Below, in pieces: positions 60,855-64,000 of a stretch of DNA of 64,000 nt. The notes below the pieces were generated by a model. That model saw only the letters and a program-made list of their open reading frames with translations, made no database searches and had not been told where the DNA came from. The position numbers and the translations under genes are program-made. The stretch comes from an uncultured Gemmatimonadales bacterium. GTDB lineage: Bacteria > Gemmatimonadota > Gemmatimonadetes > Gemmatimonadales > GWC2-71-9. Numbering within the stretch: the first letter of the stretch is position 1; each line of letters starts with the position of its first letter. Location of the stretch: positions 160,001-224,000 of the forward strand of contig CAVSQW010000006.1 in the NCBI GenBank assembly GCA_963730185.1, read 5' to 3'.

Positions 60855-62638
60855 CGCCCCGGCTCCGCCCCGCGGCGCCGGACCAGGAGGACCCCGCTCG
60901 CGCTGGTGAGCCGAGCCCCGGCGGGCCGGCGCTCGCCGCTGGCCGCCTGGAACACCAACCGGAAGACGAGGTCGGCGCCGGCCGCGTCCACGACGATCGG
61001 TCCGGCCAGCTGACCGTCGCCCCGGCCGGTCGGCTCGCCGAACTGGACCAGGCTGTCGACCACGCGGCCGACCTCGAAGCTCGCGATCGAGTCGGCGCCC
61101 CGCCGGACCGTGACGGTCCGGAACGCCGTGTCGGCCTGGAGCGAGAGGGAGTCGAGTCCGAGCTGACGCCGAGTCCCCGCCGCCAGGTCGACCGGGTAGA
61201 GCCGCTCGAATCCCGCGACGTCCACGGCACGGGGCTCCGGTGACCCGACCCAGAGCAGGCCACCCAGGGCGCTCCCCGGCGCCACGTATTCGATCCCCAG
61301 CCGCTCGAGCGCGGCCCGGTCGGCGTCCGGCCCGACCCAGCGGCCCGAGCCTCCCCAGGCGACCAGCGAGTCTCGATCGAGGCCGGTGGCCCGGGCCACG
61401 GCCGGGACACCGTGCGTACCCCGGAGATAGCGAAGGATGGCGCTGGCCTCCGACTGGTCGTCCGTCGAGACGCCGCCCTCCGCTCCGGCAGTCCGAGTCG
61501 ACGCCAGAATCGCCTGGAACCGATGGACCTGGCTCCGGGTCGAGACCGAGAACGCGCTCCAGGGCCCGACCGAGGAGAGCAACGCCACGACTGCCAGGCT
61601 CCCGGGAATGACCTTGATGTTCCGAGACGCGCTGACCCCATAGTAGATCGCGAGCCCGATCATCCAGAGCCCGAGCACCACCAGGAAGTACCGCGGCTCG
61701 GTCACCCCGTATTGGCCGATCCGCTTGCCCGCGGCCATCAGCAGCATGCCGAGCGACGGGAGCAGGGCCACGAAGAACCAGCGGCCGTAGCCGTTCACCC
61801 AACGGCTGTCCTCCCGATCGCGGGCCGGATGCACCAGGAGCAGCGCCAGCACCCCCGCGGTCGACACGCTCGACACCAGCCATCCGATCCACCCGCTCGG
61901 CCAGGTGCGGGTGATGATCACCCGTCCCAGGTAGATCGTGAGAATGACGAGATAGACACTCACCAGCGGGATCAGCACGAACTGGGCGAACACCTTCAGG
62001 CCGAGCGGGTAGTCGTCGACCGTGTCCAGCCGGGCGAAGTCGCCGGGCACGCCGGCCAGCACGAACCATGGGTGCACCGCGAACGCCAGGATCACGAGCA
62101 GGTCGGGATAGAGCTCGCGGCGGACGTGAATCCCGAGCAGCCGCTCGATCGCCACCAGAGCGATCGCCAGCCCGCCCCAGAGCACCGTCGCGTAGACCGC
62201 GCCGATCAGAAAGCGGAGGAGGAGCGACCGATTGTACTGCCAGAACCCGGCGACCGACCCCGACCGAGCGTAGGGGAGCACCGCGACCAGCAGGTGGGCC
62301 GCGACGAGGAGCTGGGTGAACCGGAGGAACAGGAGCGGGTCCGGCCAGGAAAGGGCGGACCGGTAGAGCAGCACCAAGCCGACCAGCAGCGCGGGCTCGA
62401 TCGTCCACCGGACCGTCTGCCGGAGCCCGAGCCACTCGGCCGCGACCGAGGTGGCCGTGAAGAGGGGAACCCCGAGAACCGCCGTGCCGACCAGGGGGGC
62501 GACCCAGTCGTGCGGGGAAGCCTCGATCCCGGTGACCAGGCCGCCGGTGGCGACGAAGGCCGCCGCCAGCGCCAACGGAAAGCGGGCGGCGGCTTCACCT
62601 GCCCGACGGATGGCCGCCGCAACCGAGGGAAGACGCAT
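60851..62638 (-). CDS. DUF4153-like membrane protein
   Basis: RFP.., FWQYN, YPLGLK, RIGQYGVTEPRY, GPWSA..SQ. Confidence 0.8.
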   Translation of the reverse strand: MRLPSVAAAIRRAGEAAARFPLALAAAFVATGGLVTGIEASPHDWVAPLVGTAVLGVPLFTATSVAAEWLGLRQTVRWTIEPALLVGLVLLYRSALSWPDPLLFLRFTQLLVAAHLLVAVLPYARSGSVAGFWQYNRSLLLRFLIGAVYATVLWGGLAIALVAIERLLGIHVRRELYPDLLVILAFAVHPWFVLAGVPGDFARLDTVDDYPLGLKVFAQFVLIPLVSVYLVILTIYLGRVIITRTWPSGWIGWLVSSVSTAGVLALLLVHPARDREDSRWVNGYGRWFFVALLPSLGMLLMAAGKRIGQYGVTEPRYFLVVLGLWMIGLAIYYGVSASRNIKVIPGSLAVVALLSSVGPWSAFSVSTRSQVHRFQAILASTRTAGAEGGVSTDDQSEASAILRYLRGTHGVPAVARATGLDRDSLVAWGGSGRWVGPDADRAALERLGIEYVAPGSALGGLLWVGSPEPRAVDVAGFERLYPVDLAAGTRRQLGLDSLSLQADTAFRTVTVRRGADSIASFEVGRVVDSLVQFGEPTGRGDGQLAGPIVVDAAGADLVFRLVFQAASGERRPAGARLTSASGVLLVRRRGAEPGR

Positions 62639-62671
62639 CGCCCGCTCCGCGAAGGAGGGAGGTGGAGCGAC

Positions 62672-63187
62672 CTACATCGACGTTTCGTCGGCGGTCGGAC
62701 CGTAGACGGACGGCAACGGGACGTTCCTGAGCCGAAGATACACGGTGAGCTGGCCACGGTGGTGAATCAGGTGGTTCATCACGAACGAGCGGAGCACCAC
62801 CACCCGAGGCATGGCCAAGACCGTCTGGCCGGCGCTCTTGAGGGTCCAGGTGACCAGGAAGTCCTCGTCCGAGGTGGCCTCGATCGCCTTCCGAGCCGCC
62901 TTGACGTTCTCGTCGAACAGAGCGAGCGCCTCGGCCGTGGTGGTGAACGAGGGCGTCTTCCATTGCTCGCCACCGGCCGGATTCAGGTCGAGCTCGGTGT
63001 CCTTGAGAGTGTAACCGGTCCAGGTCAGCAGGTTGATCACGTGGGCCGTCAGATCACCCAGTGAGAACGACTTGGCGTGCGGCTTCCAGGCGGCCTCCGC
63101 CTCGGGCACCCGGGCGACCACGTTCCGGGTGGTGGCCATTTCCTGATCGAACTCGGGCAGGACGGCTTGGGCCATCGACGTCGACAT
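62672..63187 (-). CDS. DinB-family protein
   Basis: WKPHAKS, H, NHLIHHRGQLTVYLR, PSVYGP. Confidence 0.9.
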   Translation of the reverse strand: MSTSMAQAVLPEFDQEMATTRNVVARVPEAEAAWKPHAKSFSLGDLTAHVINLLTWTGYTLKDTELDLNPAGGEQWKTPSFTTTAEALALFDENVKAARKAIEATSDEDFLVTWTLKSAGQTVLAMPRVVVLRSFVMNHLIHHRGQLTVYLRLRNVPLPSVYGPTADETSM

Positions 63188-63297
63188 GGTACCCCTCCGG
63201 CTGAGACGGACATGGATGCGCTGGTCCAGGCGCCAGCGTCAGGGATACCGAACATATCCCGAAATAGCGGCTCTCACAAGCATCCCCGGCCGAATCG

Positions 63298-63939
63298 TTA
63301 CCCCGACGGCCCCGGCCCGCCCGCCGGCCGCCGCCGCCGCGCCAGCACCGCCCGCACCTCGGCGAGCGACCCCCCAACCGCGTGCACCGCGACCAGCGCG
63401 TGGTAGAAGAGGTCGGCGGCCTCCTCGACCGTCCGCTGCCGGTCGGCATCGGCCGCGGCGGCCACCAGCTCGGCCGCCTCCTCGCCGATCTTCTTGAGCC
63501 GCTTGTTCCGGTTCCGCCAGAGCTCGGCCGTGTAGCTCGCGGTCTCCGCCCCTGACGCCGCACCCGCGATCCGCTCGGCGATGGTGAAGTCGAGCCAATC
63601 GAGCGCATCGAGCCGCTCGGCCGGGCCGAAGCAGGACACCTGACCGGTGTGGCAGGCGGGGCCGGCCGGCTCCACCCGGGCCAGCACCGCGTCGCCGTCG
63701 CAGTCGGGCGCCAGCGACACCACCCGCTGCACGTTGCCGCTGGTGGCGCCCTTGTGCCAGAGCCCTCGTGACCGGGAGCGGTAGTGCATCTCCCCGGTCT
63801 CGAGGGTCCGTTCCAGGGCCTCGCGGTCGGCGTGGGCCACCATCAGCACCTGGGCGCTCCGGGCGTCCTGGGCGACGACCGTCACCACGCCGTTGCCCTT
63901 GCTGAAGTCGAGCCCGTCCAGATCGAGACTGACCGTCAT
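63298..63939 (-). CDS. hisIE: Bifunctional phosphoribosyl-AMP cyclohydrolase / phosphoribosyl-ATP diphosphatase
   Basis: [38 protein letters not shown]. Confidence 0.95.
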   Translation of the reverse strand: MTVSLDLDGLDFSKGNGVVTVVAQDARSAQVLMVAHADREALERTLETGEMHYRSRSRGLWHKGATSGNVQRVVSLAPDCDGDAVLARVEPAGPACHTGQVSCFGPAERLDALDWLDFTIAERIAGAASGAETASYTAELWRNRNKRLKKIGEEAAELVAAAADADRQRTVEEAADLFYHALVAVHAVGGSLAEVRAVLARRRRPAGGPGPSG

Positions 63940-64000
63940 GCCGGCACTCCCAGGGCCGAGCGGACCGGGCCCGCCAACAGGTCGTTGGTGGCGATGCTGT

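Noticed and set aside
58110..62435. Very long ORFs such as 58110..62435, 46053..49106, 46028..49030, 19685..23161 and 9047..12001
   Set aside because: Arg/Pro/Gly-rich shadow frames overlapping well-supported genes in high-GC DNA.
63936..64000. 3' end of an upstream his gene
   Set aside because: Only about 20 codons are visible; cannot be assigned.

Overview
High-GC bacterial chromosome segment. The gene repertoire suggests Gemmatimonadota, which is an inference. Left flank (1-23.3 kb): DtxR-FeoA regulator, Nudix and hydrolase genes, a coupled N6-adenine methyltransferase + SF2 helicase pair, two convergent PadR-ADOP permease units, OprO/P porin, HAD hydrolase, ppc and a GH18/deacetylase/GT2 fusion. 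Centre (about 23.95-42.39 kb): an island bounded by tRNA-Asn and a duplicate of its 3' half. It carries an integron whose intI is co-oriented with, and upstream of, an array of about 15 cassettes. Fourteen attC sites can be traced, most with R'' complementary to the preceding R'. Cassettes include HEPN-, GIY-YIG- and PD-(D/E)XK-like defence candidates and a 3.2-kb reverse-oriented three-gene cassette. The array is interrupted by IS481, IS30 and an internally deleted IS110/IS1111-type element. That element sits in an attC R' box, and its non-coding end holds a candidate bridge RNA with guide segments matching the attC consensus and its own donor junction. Right flank: MntR/Nramp Mn-uptake locus, APC-USP permease, form II coxSLM-type molybdenum hydroxylase cluster with accessory genes, serine hydrolase, DUF4153-like and DinB genes, hisIE. 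Frameshifts cluster in 24.8-45.1 kb and may be sequencing errors.
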